A stretch of 64,000 nt of DNA, filler included, from Rhizaria sp. SCN 62-66 (taxonomy: Eukaryota): NCBI GenBank assembly GCA_001724265.1. It is 3 parts of 3 records of this genome, joined end to end, with 100 filler letters (N's around TTAATTAATTAA, not from the genome) between each part and the next. Parts side by side here need not be neighbours in the genome. Positions count along the whole stretch, not along the records: positions 23,495 to 46,690 come from MEDY01000432.1; 2 more parts are not named here. One strand, written 5' to 3'. Under the pieces are notes generated by a model that was not told the origin of the DNA, ran no database searches, and saw only the letters and a program-made list of their open reading frames with translations. Every line of letters starts with the position of its first letter. Position 1 is the first letter of the stretch. Positions 23,395-34,127 of the stretch are shown one piece after another. The position numbers and the translations under genes are program-made.

Positions 23395-23494
23395 NNNNNN
23401 NNNNNNNNNNNNNNNNNNNNNNNNNNNNNNNNNNNNNNTTAATTAATTAANNNNNNNNNNNNNNNNNNNNNNNNNNNNNNNNNNNNNNNNNNNN
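23395..23494. other. Artificial contig-joining linker
   Basis: N44 + TTAATTAATTAA (stops in all six frames) + N44. Confidence 0.97.
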
Positions 23495-23495
23495 C

Positions 23496-24536
23496 GAGGC
23501 CGCTGCAGCCGTGACGGCCGCGGCGGAGGCGGAGCGCGGTCTGGGCGCGGCGCGGCTGCAGTGGGCCGAGCACGAGCGCGCACTGGCGCTAGAGACCGCG
23601 GCGGCGGGCCAGGCGTTGCGGGCCGCTGAGGCGCGCGCCGCCGCCGCTGAGGCCGCCGCCGCGGAGGCCGCCAAGAGCGCGCGCAAGGCCGCCAAGGCGC
23701 TGGACGAAGCTCGGGCCGAGGGCGCGCAGTGGAAGCTGCGGTGCGAGGCGCTGGAGCTGCGCTGCGGCGGGCTCGAGACGGCCGCGGAGGCGGCGGCCGC
23801 GGCGGCCGCGGCGGCGCGCGGCGAGGGCGCGCGCGCGCAGCGGAGCGCTGAGGCCGCTGTGGCGGCGCGGGAGCGCGCGTGGGCGCAAGAGCGGCAGCAG
23901 CAGCGGCAGGAGCAGGAGCAGCAACAGCACGCGCAGGAGCGCGAGCGCGCGCGCGAGCTCGAGGCGGCGCAGCAGCTGCAGAAGCAGCGAGAGCAGCAGT
24001 TGCGCAGCGAGTGGGAGCGCGCGCGATGCGAGGAGCGCCGCGCCTGGGAGCAGCAGGCCGCGCAGCTGCAGGCGCGCGCTGCTGCCGAGGCTGAGACGGC
24101 GCGGCGCGAGGCCGAGAGTGCGCGGCGCGAGACTGAGGCGGCGCGGCGCGAGGCTGCGGCCGCTGGCGCCAAGGTCGAGGCCCTGAGGATGCAGCTAGGT
24201 GCGCAGGCCGGCGCCATCAGGCAGGCCGTGGCTGTCAGCGACTGCGCTAACGTCATCAGCCACGCTGTTAGCAACGCCAGTCACAACAATAGTGTCGGCG
24301 TCAACACCAGCAGCAACAGTAGCAGCAGCCATCGCGTATGTGCTAAGACTGCTCACGACAGCGTTGTCGCTAGTGGCAGTACTGTTAGTAACAGCGCGAA
24401 CGGCAATGTGAGCAGTGTGGCGGCGCTTGCGAGGGCGCAAGTGGGCGAGATCAGGGCAGAGGCGGCGGCGAAGGAAGCTGCCGTGCGCGCCAGGCTGGCG
24501 GCTATTCAAGCTAATCCGATCGGTAGCAGCGCGTAA
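23496..24536 (+). CDS. Coiled-coil protein, 5'-truncated
   Basis: Open from the contig start, with E/R/A/Q-rich helical composition and GC3 bias. Stop is TAA, followed by AT-rich sequence. Confidence 0.75.
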   Translation, partial: EAAAAVTAAAEAERGLGAARLQWAEHERALALETAAAGQALRAAEARAAAAEAAAAEAAKSARKAAKALDEARAEGAQWKLRCEALELRCGGLETAAEAAAAAAAAARGEGARAQRSAEAAVAARERAWAQERQQQRQEQEQQQHAQERERARELEAAQQLQKQREQQLRSEWERARCEERRAWEQQAAQLQARAAAEAETARREAESARRETEAARREAAAAGAKVEALRMQLGAQAGAIRQAVAVSDCANVISHAVSNASHNNSVGVNTSSNSSSSHRVCAKTAHDSVVASGSTVSNSANGNVSSVAALARAQVGEIRAEAAAKEAAVRARLAAIQANPIGSSA

Positions 24537-24853
24537 TTATAGCAGAGCTGTGTTCTTTTATCAAAGTGTTGAGTCACAAGGTCCATGTATATTTAGTAAT
24601 TTGTTTAATTTGTTGACAGTTTTATCATATGTCCTGTGTCTGTTTATTGTATACAATAAAGAATAAAAAAATAATCTTCATCATCAATTCAACCACATAA
24701 AATGTGGATGTACTCGACAAGATGTGTGTCCCATTAAAGAATCAAATCTAAGTAAAATGTATTGCAGGTTGGAATAATAATCAACATTTCGTTTCATAAT
24801 GACAGTTTTAGTACTCTTACGCTTCGCGTCACGGCTGCTATGTACTTTAACGT

Positions 24854-27800
24854 TCACTGCTCCTTGTACGCCACCTTGAGCACCGCGGCCAGCGTCTTGG
24901 GCGCCACCACGAACACTTCCTCCCAGTTCACCTGAGCCGCGCTACTTGCAGCCGCACCGGAGCCACTTCCACTCTCGGCACTATTGTTGTCGGCGTTCGC
25001 ATTACTCGCGTTGGCGTTAGCGTTAGCATACCCGGCGGCCGGGTCCGCGACAGCGGCCCGGAGCGCGGCGTACTGCGCGACGAGCCCACGCGCGACGGTG
25101 GCCTTGACGGCCGTGCGCTGCCGCGGGTCCGAGAGCCGCGACGCGAAGGCGAAGGGCAGCAGCGCCGTCGCCGCCGACGCCGCCGCGGCCGTCGCTGCCT
25201 CGTCCTCCTCCTCGCCGGCAGTGCTCGCGCTCGCGCTGAGAGGGCTGCCGTCGCCGGCAGAGTCCTTTGTCGCCGCCGACGCCGCCGCGGTGCTCGCGTG
25301 GAGGTTGATAGTGTTGGGGGGCATCTTGGCGGCAAAACGCTGCAGTGCTTGACGCAAGCTCTCGTAGCTCATGCCAGGCCTCTGCGCCAACGGCACCACA
25401 CTGTTCGCGCCTGCGGGGTTGGCCTTGCTCTTAATGCAAGCCGCGCGCCATTCGGCAACCTCGGCGAAGACGAGTGCGAGCCCGGCGCCCCTGGCCGAGG
25501 AGCCCAGGTCCTCTGCCGCGGCGGCGCGCGCGCTGGCGGCCAGCGCGGCGGCGATCGGCGCGGTGTAGGCCGTCGGGACGGGCGCGCCGTGCAGGGAGGA
25601 CTGCAGCAGACTAAGGCAGTTGCTGTGGATGACCGAGGCCTCGCACGCGCTCAGGGCGCGCAACGAGCTCGACACAGAGCCAGAGCCCGTGCTGCTGCTG
25701 TTGCTGTTGTTTGCGTTGGCGTTGGTGGTGGCGATGCTGGCCTCGCGCGCGAGCACGCCGGCGAAGCGCACGAGCGGCGTGACGGCGGCCTCGGCGAGCG
25801 CGGCGGCGTCGGCCTCGGCGTCGACGGCGCTGAGCCCCGACAGCTGCTGGCCCGCGGCGCCGATCATCGGCAGCGCGGCCGAGCCCGCGGCCGAGGCGAA
25901 CACGCCGTAGCCGTACCCGCCGCCGCCGTACGCCGACACGCCGCCGAGGCCGTGGCCGTGGCCGTGCGCGGCGGCGGCGGCGTCGGCGGCGGCTGCGGGC
26001 AGCGGCGGCGGCGGCGTGCGCACTGGCCCCGGACAAGGGTATGGCGCGACGGGCGCGGTGACGAGCGCGGCCATGTACTGGCGCAGCAGCGCGACGCACG
26101 CCACGAAAGACTGCGGCGGCAGCAGGCTCGCCGTCAGAGTCGGCAGCGGCGAGTCCAGCGACAGCGACAGGAACGCCGCCAGCGACGCCTCGGTCTCCGT
26201 CTCCGCCTCGCTCGCGCCCGCGCCCGCGCTGGCCGCAGCAGTGCCGCTGGCGCTGGCGCTGCTTACGCCGGCGCCGGAAAGCGGTGACTGCGCGCTCTTG
26301 TCGGGCATGAGCGTGAGCGCGGCGAGGCGGCCGCACGTGGCTTCGGAGAGCTTCGCGGTGAGCAAGCCCTGCGCGCGCGAGTAGAGCGACACGCACAGCG
26401 ACTCCAGCTGCGTCAGGAACACGGACGGCACGCTCACGCTCACACTCGCAGTAACAGTAACAGTCCCGGGCTGAGACGCGGCGCTGGCGCTGCGGGAGAG
26501 GCTGCCGGCGGCCACCACAGCAGCCGCAGCGCTCTGGTTCGGGGCGGCGGCGCTACCCGGACTCACGGCAACTGCGGCTGCGGATGCGGTGCTGCCGTGC
26601 GGCGTGAGCAGCGTGGCGAGCGTGGCAGCGTAGTACAGCAGCACACCGCGCACCGCGCAGAGCACGAGCAGGCGCTTCTCCTGCGCCAACGCGGCAGCCA
26701 GCGCGGGCAGCACCGCGGGCGCCAGAGTGTCCAGGAAGAGCGACAGACACAGCGAGACGTCCATCGCGGTCGGCGCAAGTACTGTCGTGCCTGCCGTCGC
26801 TGTCGCCGCCGTCGCAGAGGTTGAGGAAGCTGCAATGGCAACGGCAGTGCTGTTTGTGGTCGTAATGTTGTTGTTGTTTGCGCTGGAAGGGATGAGGTAC
26901 CACGAGCTGTTGTTGTTGCTAGGATTACCACTTGCGCCAGCGCTCACGTTGCTCGGGCTGGTGGCGGGCACAAGAGCGTTTGAGTAGCTATTGGTGTTGG
27001 AGCTCGAAGCGAGCGAGGGAACGAACGGCACGCACACGCTCTCGCATTCGCTCCCCGCGGTCTGATTACACCTCGTGTTCGCCGCGCTGGAAGCAGTGGT
27101 GGAGGTGTTGTTGGCGTAGTCGCGCAGCCGTACCCTTAGCTGGGCTAAGAAGCACGCGTCGCCCTCCTCCGCGCTGAGCGTCGCCACAGGAGCAGCCTCC
27201 GCGTTGTCGACGTGGGTGCTGTTGGCGCCAGCGGCCGCAGTCTGCGCGGCGACCACAAGCGCCCCGCCCGGCCCCGTCGCAGCGGCCGTGGCCGTGGTCG
27301 CGGCAGTGAGCAGTGACGTCAAGAGCGCGCGCTCGCCGCGCACGGCCTCGACGGCGGCCGAGAGCGCGCGCGTGGCGGCGGCGAAGCACTCTGTCTCGCT
27401 CGCGGGCGCCACCAGCGCCGCCGCGGCAGACTCAAAGGCCGCGACCGCCGCCGACGAGCCTGCGGCGGCAGCAGCAGCCGCGGACGACGAGGCACTGGCA
27501 GAGCTGCTATGACTGCCGCCGCTATTGCTGGACTCATCGAACTCGCCGCCACCCCAGAAGGCGGGCACCGCGTCGTCGCTCGCGCCGCCGCTATACCCGC
27601 CGTATCCACTGCTGCTCGAGTTGTTGTTGGTGGCGGCATTGGCGGCGCTAGTGACTGTGAGCAGGCCGCGTTTGGCGACCTCGCCGCGCTGCTCCGCCAA
27701 CAGGTGCAGGAACTGGCAAAACGCGGCGGGCGCGGCGGCGGCCAGCGCGCGCGCCGCAAGGCGGTGGCCCGCACTCGCGGTGGCCGCCACCGCCAGCGAG

Positions 27801-28960
27801 CCGGGGCCAGTCCCTGCACTTGCGCCAGCGCCAGAGGAGGCGGTGACGGGGCTGGGCGCCTCGTGGTGGTGGTGGCTAGGGCTGGTGAGGCTGTGGTTGC
27901 TGTCTCGGCTGGCGGGAGAGTTGAAGCCGAGCGCGGCGGCGGCCCCGCGGTGCGGCTTGACTTCCGCGGCAAGCCAGTCCGCAAGCGCAGCGACGCCCGC
28001 GGCGAAGGCAGTGTGGGCCGCGGTGTGGAACGGCACGCAGAGCGGCGCGAGTGCCGGCTTGAGCTGCGCGAAGGTGAGGCAGCGCGAGCGGACGAACACT
28101 GAGCGGGACAGCGCGCGGAAGAAGAGCGGAAACGCAGACGCCACGGGAGCCGCAGCGGTCGAGACAAAGGTGGGGGATGACGAGGCGGCGCCCGGGCCGT
28201 TACTGCTGCTGCTGCTGCTGCTGTTGTTTGAGTCGAGAGTGTCGGTGTTGCTGTTGACGTTGTTGTACGCAGCGTTGATGTGGTTAAACGTCACACTGCT
28301 GCTGCTGTTGCCGCTCTGCAACTGCTGCTGTTGATGATGGTGGTGCTGCTGCTGTAGAGGCGGGCGGTACGCTGGCCCCGCTGCGAGCGCCTCGGTTTCT
28401 TCTGCAGTGAGCCTGTAGCCCTCGACGAAGGTGCTGGCGAGGTGGAGTCGTGCGTCCGCGCGCGCCTTTTCCGCAACCAACGCGCGCGTGCTCTCGCGAA
28501 CCGCGGCGCTGGACCGTGTCGCCGCCGCCAGCCGGTCGCTGATAGCGTCGCAGGTCGACTCGAGCGCCGAGACCGTCTCTTGCAGACTGGCGATTTGCGA
28601 GTCGAGGCAAGAGAAGACGTCGACCGAGGACTGGTACAGCGAGATGGACTCGTTCTCGAGCTTCTCCTGCAGAATTAGCGCGTCGGGCACAATTGACTGT
28701 GGGTACGCTGCAGCGTCGCCGGCCGCCGAGGCCGCGGTTGAGCCCGCGGCGGTCGCCGCCGAGGCGGTGGCGGCGAGGTGGCTGTGTGAAGGGATACTGG
28801 AGACAATCAAGTCGGAGTACTCGACGAGGCCCTCGATGACGTCGTCGTTGTCCAGGAAGGAGCCGATCTCCTGTGCAAGGATCTTTTTCGCCTGCCGCTG
28901 CACGGCTGACGCGTGCGGGCTCAGCGGCGTGGCCAGCGGCGCGGGAGAACGGAAAGACAT
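24854..28960 (-). CDS. COG6: Conserved oligomeric Golgi complex subunit 6-like protein with large low-complexity insertions, ~1368 aa
   Basis: N-terminal AKKIL, then the coiled segment LQETVSALESTCDAISDRL...FVEGYRLTAEETEAL...FFRALSR...RSRC and C-terminal SRLSDPRQR...YAALRAAVADPAAGY follow the COG6 pattern as I recall it. Stop is TGA. Confidence 0.7.
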   Translation of the reverse strand: MSFRSPAPLATPLSPHASAVQRQAKKILAQEIGSFLDNDDVIEGLVEYSDLIVSSIPSHSHLAATASAATAAGSTAASAAGDAAAYPQSIVPDALILQEKLENESISLYQSSVDVFSCLDSQIASLQETVSALESTCDAISDRLAAATRSSAAVRESTRALVAEKARADARLHLASTFVEGYRLTAEETEALAAGPAYRPPLQQQHHHHQQQQLQSGNSSSSVTFNHINAAYNNVNSNTDTLDSNNSSSSSSSNGPGAASSSPTFVSTAAAPVASAFPLFFRALSRSVFVRSRCLTFAQLKPALAPLCVPFHTAAHTAFAAGVAALADWLAAEVKPHRGAAAALGFNSPASRDSNHSLTSPSHHHHEAPSPVTASSGAGASAGTGPGSLAVAATASAGHRLAARALAAAAPAAFCQFLHLLAEQRGEVAKRGLLTVTSAANAATNNNSSSSGYGGYSGGASDDAVPAFWGGGEFDESSNSGGSHSSSASASSSAAAAAAAGSSAAVAAFESAAAALVAPASETECFAAATRALSAAVEAVRGERALLTSLLTAATTATAAATGPGGALVVAAQTAAAGANSTHVDNAEAAPVATLSAEEGDACFLAQLRVRLRDYANNTSTTASSAANTRCNQTAGSECESVCVPFVPSLASSSNTNSYSNALVPATSPSNVSAGASGNPSNNNSSWYLIPSSANNNNITTTNSTAVAIAASSTSATAATATAGTTVLAPTAMDVSLCLSLFLDTLAPAVLPALAAALAQEKRLLVLCAVRGVLLYYAATLATLLTPHGSTASAAAVAVSPGSAAAPNQSAAAAVVAAGSLSRSASAASQPGTVTVTASVSVSVPSVFLTQLESLCVSLYSRAQGLLTAKLSEATCGRLAALTLMPDKSAQSPLSGAGVSSASASGTAAASAGAGASEAETETEASLAAFLSLSLDSPLPTLTASLLPPQSFVACVALLRQYMAALVTAPVAPYPCPGPVRTPPPPLPAAAADAAAAAHGHGHGLGGVSAYGGGGYGYGVFASAAGSAALPMIGAAGQQLSGLSAVDAEADAAALAEAAVTPLVRFAGVLAREASIATTNANANNSNSSSTGSGSVSSSLRALSACEASVIHSNCLSLLQSSLHGAPVPTAYTAPIAAALAASARAAAAEDLGSSARGAGLALVFAEVAEWRAACIKSKANPAGANSVVPLAQRPGMSYESLRQALQRFAAKMPPNTINLHASTAAASAATKDSAGDGSPLSASASTAGEEEDEAATAAAASAATALLPFAFASRLSDPRQRTAVKATVARGLVAQYAALRAAVADPAAGYANANANASNANADNNSAESGSGSGAAASSAAQVNWEEVFVVAPKTLAAVLKVAYKEQ

Positions 28961-29405
28961 GATGTCCCTCGCTCCACCTGGCGCCACAGACGCGGAAAAG
29001 CGAATACAAACAGATAGAGTGAGTGAAGGTCCAGTGTAAATAAAACATTATATTATTTTCTCAGTATAATATCACAGCATTGTGGTCTCAGGCATGGTGA
29101 CGGAATCTGTGGTGATTTCAAAGACTTGATTCGTCATCAATCGCAAAAGCGAGCTCGCAAACTGGTCATCAGCGATCATAAGGATTTCGGAGTCATATCA
29201 GTCAGCCTTGGTCTATTTGGCATATATTTGCATGTTTTTGGGATTGCATTTGAACTGATTGCAATATATTATTGCCACTTTCCTCCCCGTACTGTGTGTT
29301 CGCCAGTGCAGCCATATCCGAGAAGAGTTGGCTCTTCCTCACGTTGCAATTGACAAATCTTGGCGAGCGCAAGCAGGATTTCTACTTCTTCGTCTTGCCT
29401 AGGCG

Positions 29406-31142
29406 ATGTCCTCCCCATTTTACAATGCCTAGTTTCACAAGTCACTTGCGGATTTGATGTCGCTGTCGTCGACCTGCGCGGGAGTCACGAAGCTGTTGTT
29501 CACCCTCTGCGGCGACGACGGCGAGTCAGTCCCCGATTCGGCGGCCTACCTCGAGCCCGAAGTGATTGACTGGCTTGTGCAGTCTTTATATTACTCCCCC
29601 GCGGATGCTGAGCAGGTCAAACGCACGTATATGACGGTTACCCTGCTGGAGACGGCGTTGGGCCAGGCCGTCGACGGGTCCGCGGTGCTGCTCCGCCACT
29701 GCGTGCCTGAGAAGCTAAGCCGCCTGCTGTCGCCGTGGGCCCGCGACGGGCGCAGTGGCGCCGCCAGGACCGCGCTGACGCTTTTGAGCGACGTCGCTTG
29801 CGAGGGCCGCGACGCCGTGGACGAGCTGGTCGCGCGCGGTGTGTTTGCGGACTTGTGCAGCCTCATTGCCGAACTGCATTAGCACACTCCCACTCCCGCT
29901 CGCATTCGCACTGGCACTGGCGTTGGTGCCGCCGATGGCATCGTTGATGCCCAAGTCGACATTGATGTTGATGTCAACCACCACCAGTTGTTGCACATTC
30001 TCGCCCACACCGTGGCTTTCTTTGCACACGTCAGGCCGCCGCTGCCGTACGCCACTGTGGCGCCGCTGGTGCCGCTGCTGGGGCTCGCACTGCGTCGCGA
30101 CCCCACATCCCCGTAGCTCGCGCGCGCACTCTCCGAGCTCCTGCGCGCGCTGTGGCACCTTTTGCGCAATATGGACGAGCCCGGGGCCGCGCTCGCCGCC
30201 GTCGTCGCCGGCGGCGAGGACAGCGTCTTCAACACCGTGGTTTCGCGCCTTGTCGTGAACGTCGATATGAACCCCGAGCTGTCTCCGTCCGCATTCTAGA
30301 TTGTCAAGCTGGTTGCTAATTTCGACGGCGCTGTTGCGAACGATGTGAATAACGAGCGTGATCGCAATAGTCGCCGCGATATGCCCGGCGACGATGCCGA
30401 CGGCGTCGAGCTCGACATCCCCACGCGCGCATTCACGCCCGCAGTGTTGTCGCGGCTCAAGCACATCGCCGGCGCACTGGACCGCTACAACGCGATGCAG
30501 ATGTCCTCGATGCTGTCGCTGCTCTCGGCGCTGCTGACTAAGGGCCCCTTGCTGGCGGTTCGCGTGTTCGAGTCGGGCGTGCTCCAGACTGTGGTCCGGG
30601 GCGCGCCCGTGCCGCTCGGCGACATTGTGGGCGACGACGACGAGAGCGGTTTGTGGTGGACGGCTGCCGAGATGGGATGGCTCTTCTATCGCGCGCTCGT
30701 TGCAAAAGCACCGGCCAACGCGCTTACATCAACTGACGAAGATGACAATAGTACTAAATCTCGTGACCGTGACCGTGCGAAGATGGCAGCGGCGTTGCTT
30801 GACTGCGGCGCGATGCGTTATTGCGTTGAGACACTCTCTGCGGCCGCCGTTGCAACCGAGCCGCCGCCGAACCAGCTGCTGGACCGGATGCTCGAGGCGC
30901 TGCGCGCCCTGATCGCGGCCGGCGACACGAGTCCGGACCCGGCGGTGCGGCGCGACGGCGCGACGCCGCGCAACGCGTTCCTGGCGGTCTTTTTCGAGGC
31001 GGGCGGCCGCACCATGCTGGTGCGACTGGCTCGCAACGAGGCCGTGTGCGCGCACTCGCTGGGGCCGCTGACGGACCTGCAGCGGCTCGTGCACGACATT
31101 GTGGGCAAGGCCGAGTACGATGACGACAGCGTGCGACAGTAA
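29406..31142 (+). CDS. Divergent ARM-repeat (importin-alpha-like) protein, ~578 aa, with 4 in-frame TAG codons (29430, 29880, 30114, 30297)
   Basis: One frame runs from ATG 29406 to TAA 31142 with no TAA or TGA inside. ARM-like segments ALTLLSDVACEGRDAVDELVARGVF and RPPLPYATVAPLVPLL...ELLRALWHL lie on either side of the TAGs. Confidence 0.7.
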
Positions 31143-31437
31143 GATGTAGGCGGTTCTTCGAGTAAACTTGCCGTCTTGTAAGTTGTGATGATTTTGATTT
31201 TTTTTTTGTCTGATTAAAACATTAAGCTGAAGTTATAATAGTCCAATATTGAGAATAGTTAACACTTGCGGTGATGGAAACAAGTGGAAAGTAATCATAC
31301 AGGTGTAGAAATACTTTTCACGTTTTCGATTTGCAAAATACACTATATAGTTGACAACAAACATGTTCTATATAAGTTAAAATTGTCATTAATTGATTCC
31401 GACTAGAAATCTTTATTCCAATTACAGTGTACTCTGG

Positions 31438-31513
31438 CTATTAGTCGGTCCTAAGTTGAATGGCAATGTTGAGGTCATGAAAACATTGCCATCCAATTTA
31501 GGACCACTAATAG
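31438..31513. repeat. Imperfect inverted repeat/hairpin (33- and 32-nt arms, 11-nt loop)
   Basis: Left arm CTATTAGTCGGTCCTAAGTTGAATGGCAATGTT versus right arm AACATTGCCATCCAATTTAGGACCACTAATAG: 2 substitutions and 1 indel. Confidence 0.85.
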
Positions 31514-31740
31514 GGTAGTTTTTGTAAATATACACGGTGAATTAGAATACATGTTGCGGAGCGCTTGCTCAAAGCTATTGTAGCTGTCACCACCAGCGCG
31601 CAGGGATGTTCTTGTTCCCGTCTTAATTGTAATCAACGCACATCTACAGTCTGCGATCTAAGCTAGGACTCGTCAGAGTCCATTTTCGCACTTAGACCGC
31701 ACTTAGCTGAACCCGTAATTCGACAGCACTTAGCCCGCGC

Positions 31741-33462
31741 TCAGACCACCTTGTCGCTCGCGATGGCAGCAGCGACCGTGGACACGGTGGGCACGGGCGA
31801 GAGGTCACCGAGCACGTCGCGAACGAAGCTCTCTGCCTCGGCAGGACTCAGCCCGCTGCCGCTCTTGACAGCACCGCTGTCGCTCATCTCGACCTCAGCC
31901 TCGGTGTTACCGCTGGCGTTGCCGGTACTGCTGGAAGCGTTGTCGTTGGCGGCGGCGCGCTTGGCGGCGGCCTCGGCCTCCGCTGCGGCCGCGGCGGCGG
32001 TGGCGTAGATGGCGATGGCGAGGGGATGCTCGCTGGGCAGACGCATCGTCAGCGTCTTGCGCTGGTAGTAGTCCGCGCAGAGCTCGATGTTGCCAATCAC
32101 CTCGCTCAGCAGATGCGAGCGGCCCGGCACCAGGTCCGGTGAGCGGCGCGACACGTGCGAGAAGTGCACGTGGAGGTGGTAGTATGAGGGCACGTAGTGC
32201 AGGTACGCCTGGATGCGGTCGGGACGCATCCCGAAGCGCGCCGAGAGGAAGCGTGTGCCCGCGCTGAGCAGGTTGCGCAGCAGCGGCAGGTGCTCCGCCG
32301 TGAGGTCGCGCAGCGAGGAGACGTCGCGGCGGGTCACAATGGCGAGCGCGTAGAGCTCCTGCTGCCACTCGGGGGCAGCCGACGCCGCGCCAGACGCGTA
32401 AGCGGATAGAGACTGCGCCAACGGCTCTCCGTTGGCGCTCGCGGCGGTGTTGGCGGCGGCTGTAGAGTCGGTGTCGCCGGGGAGGAGCGGCACGCCGTCG
32501 CTGGCGCGGTTGCAGAGTGTGTGGCAACCGGCCTTGACGGCGGAGGCCATGGCGACGGGGTTAGCCTTGGTGTCGAACGACAGAATGAACCCGTTCTGCG
32601 GGTGCACGTCGTGGTAGATGACGCGCTCGGCCTCCTTGCGGCCCTCAAGGATGTTGTACACCCACCCCAGCGCCCCGCCGTCGCGCGCGCGCTCGGCGAA
32701 GGGCCGGTGCACCGCGGCGTACACGGCGGGCGTCTCGTGCAGCATCAGCGACGGACTGGGCGTAGCCTTGGCGACGTGGCGCGCGGACGCAGGGTACACC
32801 AGGTCGGCCTTGACGGTGTTCTGCGAGGCCGGGAGCGCGGTGGCGACGTACTGCGCGTACACGTCGTTGTCGAACGTGTGCGCCAGCGGCAGCGCGCCCG
32901 TTGGGAAGAGGTCAGACAGCGCGCCGGCGTCGAAGGTGCGCTTCTGCAGCGTCAGCAGCGCAGTGGCCGCGGACCAGGCGTCATGCAGGGACTGCAGGCG
33001 CGAGGACTGGAGCGACTCGAGCTGCTCAGACGTCTTAGCTTCGGCGTCCTTGTCCTTGTTGCCGTTGTCGTTGTTGTTGGTGCTCGTAGAGAGGAGGTAG
33101 GGGAGGATAGCATCGAGCGGCGACGACGAGGACGGCGAGAGCGGCGACGGAGAAGCGGCGGCGGCGGGAGCGGCGGCGCGGGCAACGGTGGCAAGCGCGG
33201 GCGTGGGGAGGAGGTAGCCGAGGAGGATGAGGCGCATGTTCTCGGCGTCGATGCTCAGCACCTTGGTCAGCACGAAGCGCGACAGGTCGGCCACGTCGGC
33301 GGCGCCCGCGGTCGTGGGGGGCTGCGAGCACAGCGCGCCCGTCGAGGCGCAGAAGCAGGCCGAGACATCAGCGGCTGCCTGCGCGAGGACGGACGCGGAC
33401 AGCGCGGCGGCGGGGCCCGCGGCGGCAGCCTCGACGGCGACAGTGGGGGACGAGAGCGACAT
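31741..33462 (-). CDS. DCPS: m7GpppX diphosphatase (scavenger decapping enzyme), 573 aa
   Basis: Motifs FDNDVY, LVYPASARHVAK, ETPAVY, WVYNILEGRKEAERVIY and SLRDLTAEHLPLL, with the HIT motif YLHYVPSYYHLHVHF. Stop is TGA. Confidence 0.93.
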   Translation of the reverse strand: MSLSSPTVAVEAAAAGPAAALSASVLAQAAADVSACFCASTGALCSQPPTTAGAADVADLSRFVLTKVLSIDAENMRLILLGYLLPTPALATVARAAAPAAAASPSPLSPSSSSPLDAILPYLLSTSTNNNDNGNKDKDAEAKTSEQLESLQSSRLQSLHDAWSAATALLTLQKRTFDAGALSDLFPTGALPLAHTFDNDVYAQYVATALPASQNTVKADLVYPASARHVAKATPSPSLMLHETPAVYAAVHRPFAERARDGGALGWVYNILEGRKEAERVIYHDVHPQNGFILSFDTKANPVAMASAVKAGCHTLCNRASDGVPLLPGDTDSTAAANTAASANGEPLAQSLSAYASGAASAAPEWQQELYALAIVTRRDVSSLRDLTAEHLPLLRNLLSAGTRFLSARFGMRPDRIQAYLHYVPSYYHLHVHFSHVSRRSPDLVPGRSHLLSEVIGNIELCADYYQRKTLTMRLPSEHPLAIAIYATAAAAAAEAEAAAKRAAANDNASSSTGNASGNTEAEVEMSDSGAVKSGSGLSPAEAESFVRDVLGDLSPVPTVSTVAAAIASDKVV

Positions 33463-34127
33463 AGTTGATGCGGGTTCTTACGTGCCTATGATTAACGAAA
33501 GAAGGTGCAGGAACAAGAAAATACAGATTACAGGCGGGTATACATGCATTAAGAGTCCGCTTCTTCTTTCTGAGTCGATATGTGTTGATGTAGTCTTGAA
33601 AAACAAGCGCTCAAGAAGTCTCTCGGCCTAGTGCCTCAACAAAGTCGTCGCCACAGCGAATCGTATCAGGCTTTAAAAACGTATGCAGGCGGTCTTAGTT
33701 CTCCGTCGATAGAAATAACGACCGTTATTCTGGCTAAGAGCTGTTATAAAGTCTTTATTTTTATATTAATTTCACTTCTATTTCTTATATATACCTCAAA
33801 GCCCTTCTTTTACTTTTGCACATCATCATCGCCCTTGCGTGTCGGTTGCTGCTTGCTGCCCTTTGCTCCTGCTTGGCCCCAACGTTGCCTCTTCACCCCA
33901 ATAGCACTCTTTGTTGATAAACTAGCTTTGATTATTGATCAACACGAGACACACTTTCTCTGTGTGCCCTCACTCTCTCTCACAGTATCGACTGACTGAC
34001 GAGCTTTCCTGCTTTGCATTCTCCTCACTCACAAGTGCATCCATCGAAGTCTCAACCACAAAGAAGTCAGAGCGCAGACCCACAATCACAGCAACAGTCT
34101 CTGTTGCGCTTGCGCTCTCCCCACACA

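Noticed and set aside
23439-23450. TTAATTAATTAA as a biological motif (also 46735-46746)
   Set aside because: It is an artificial linker, so gene adjacency across it carries no meaning.
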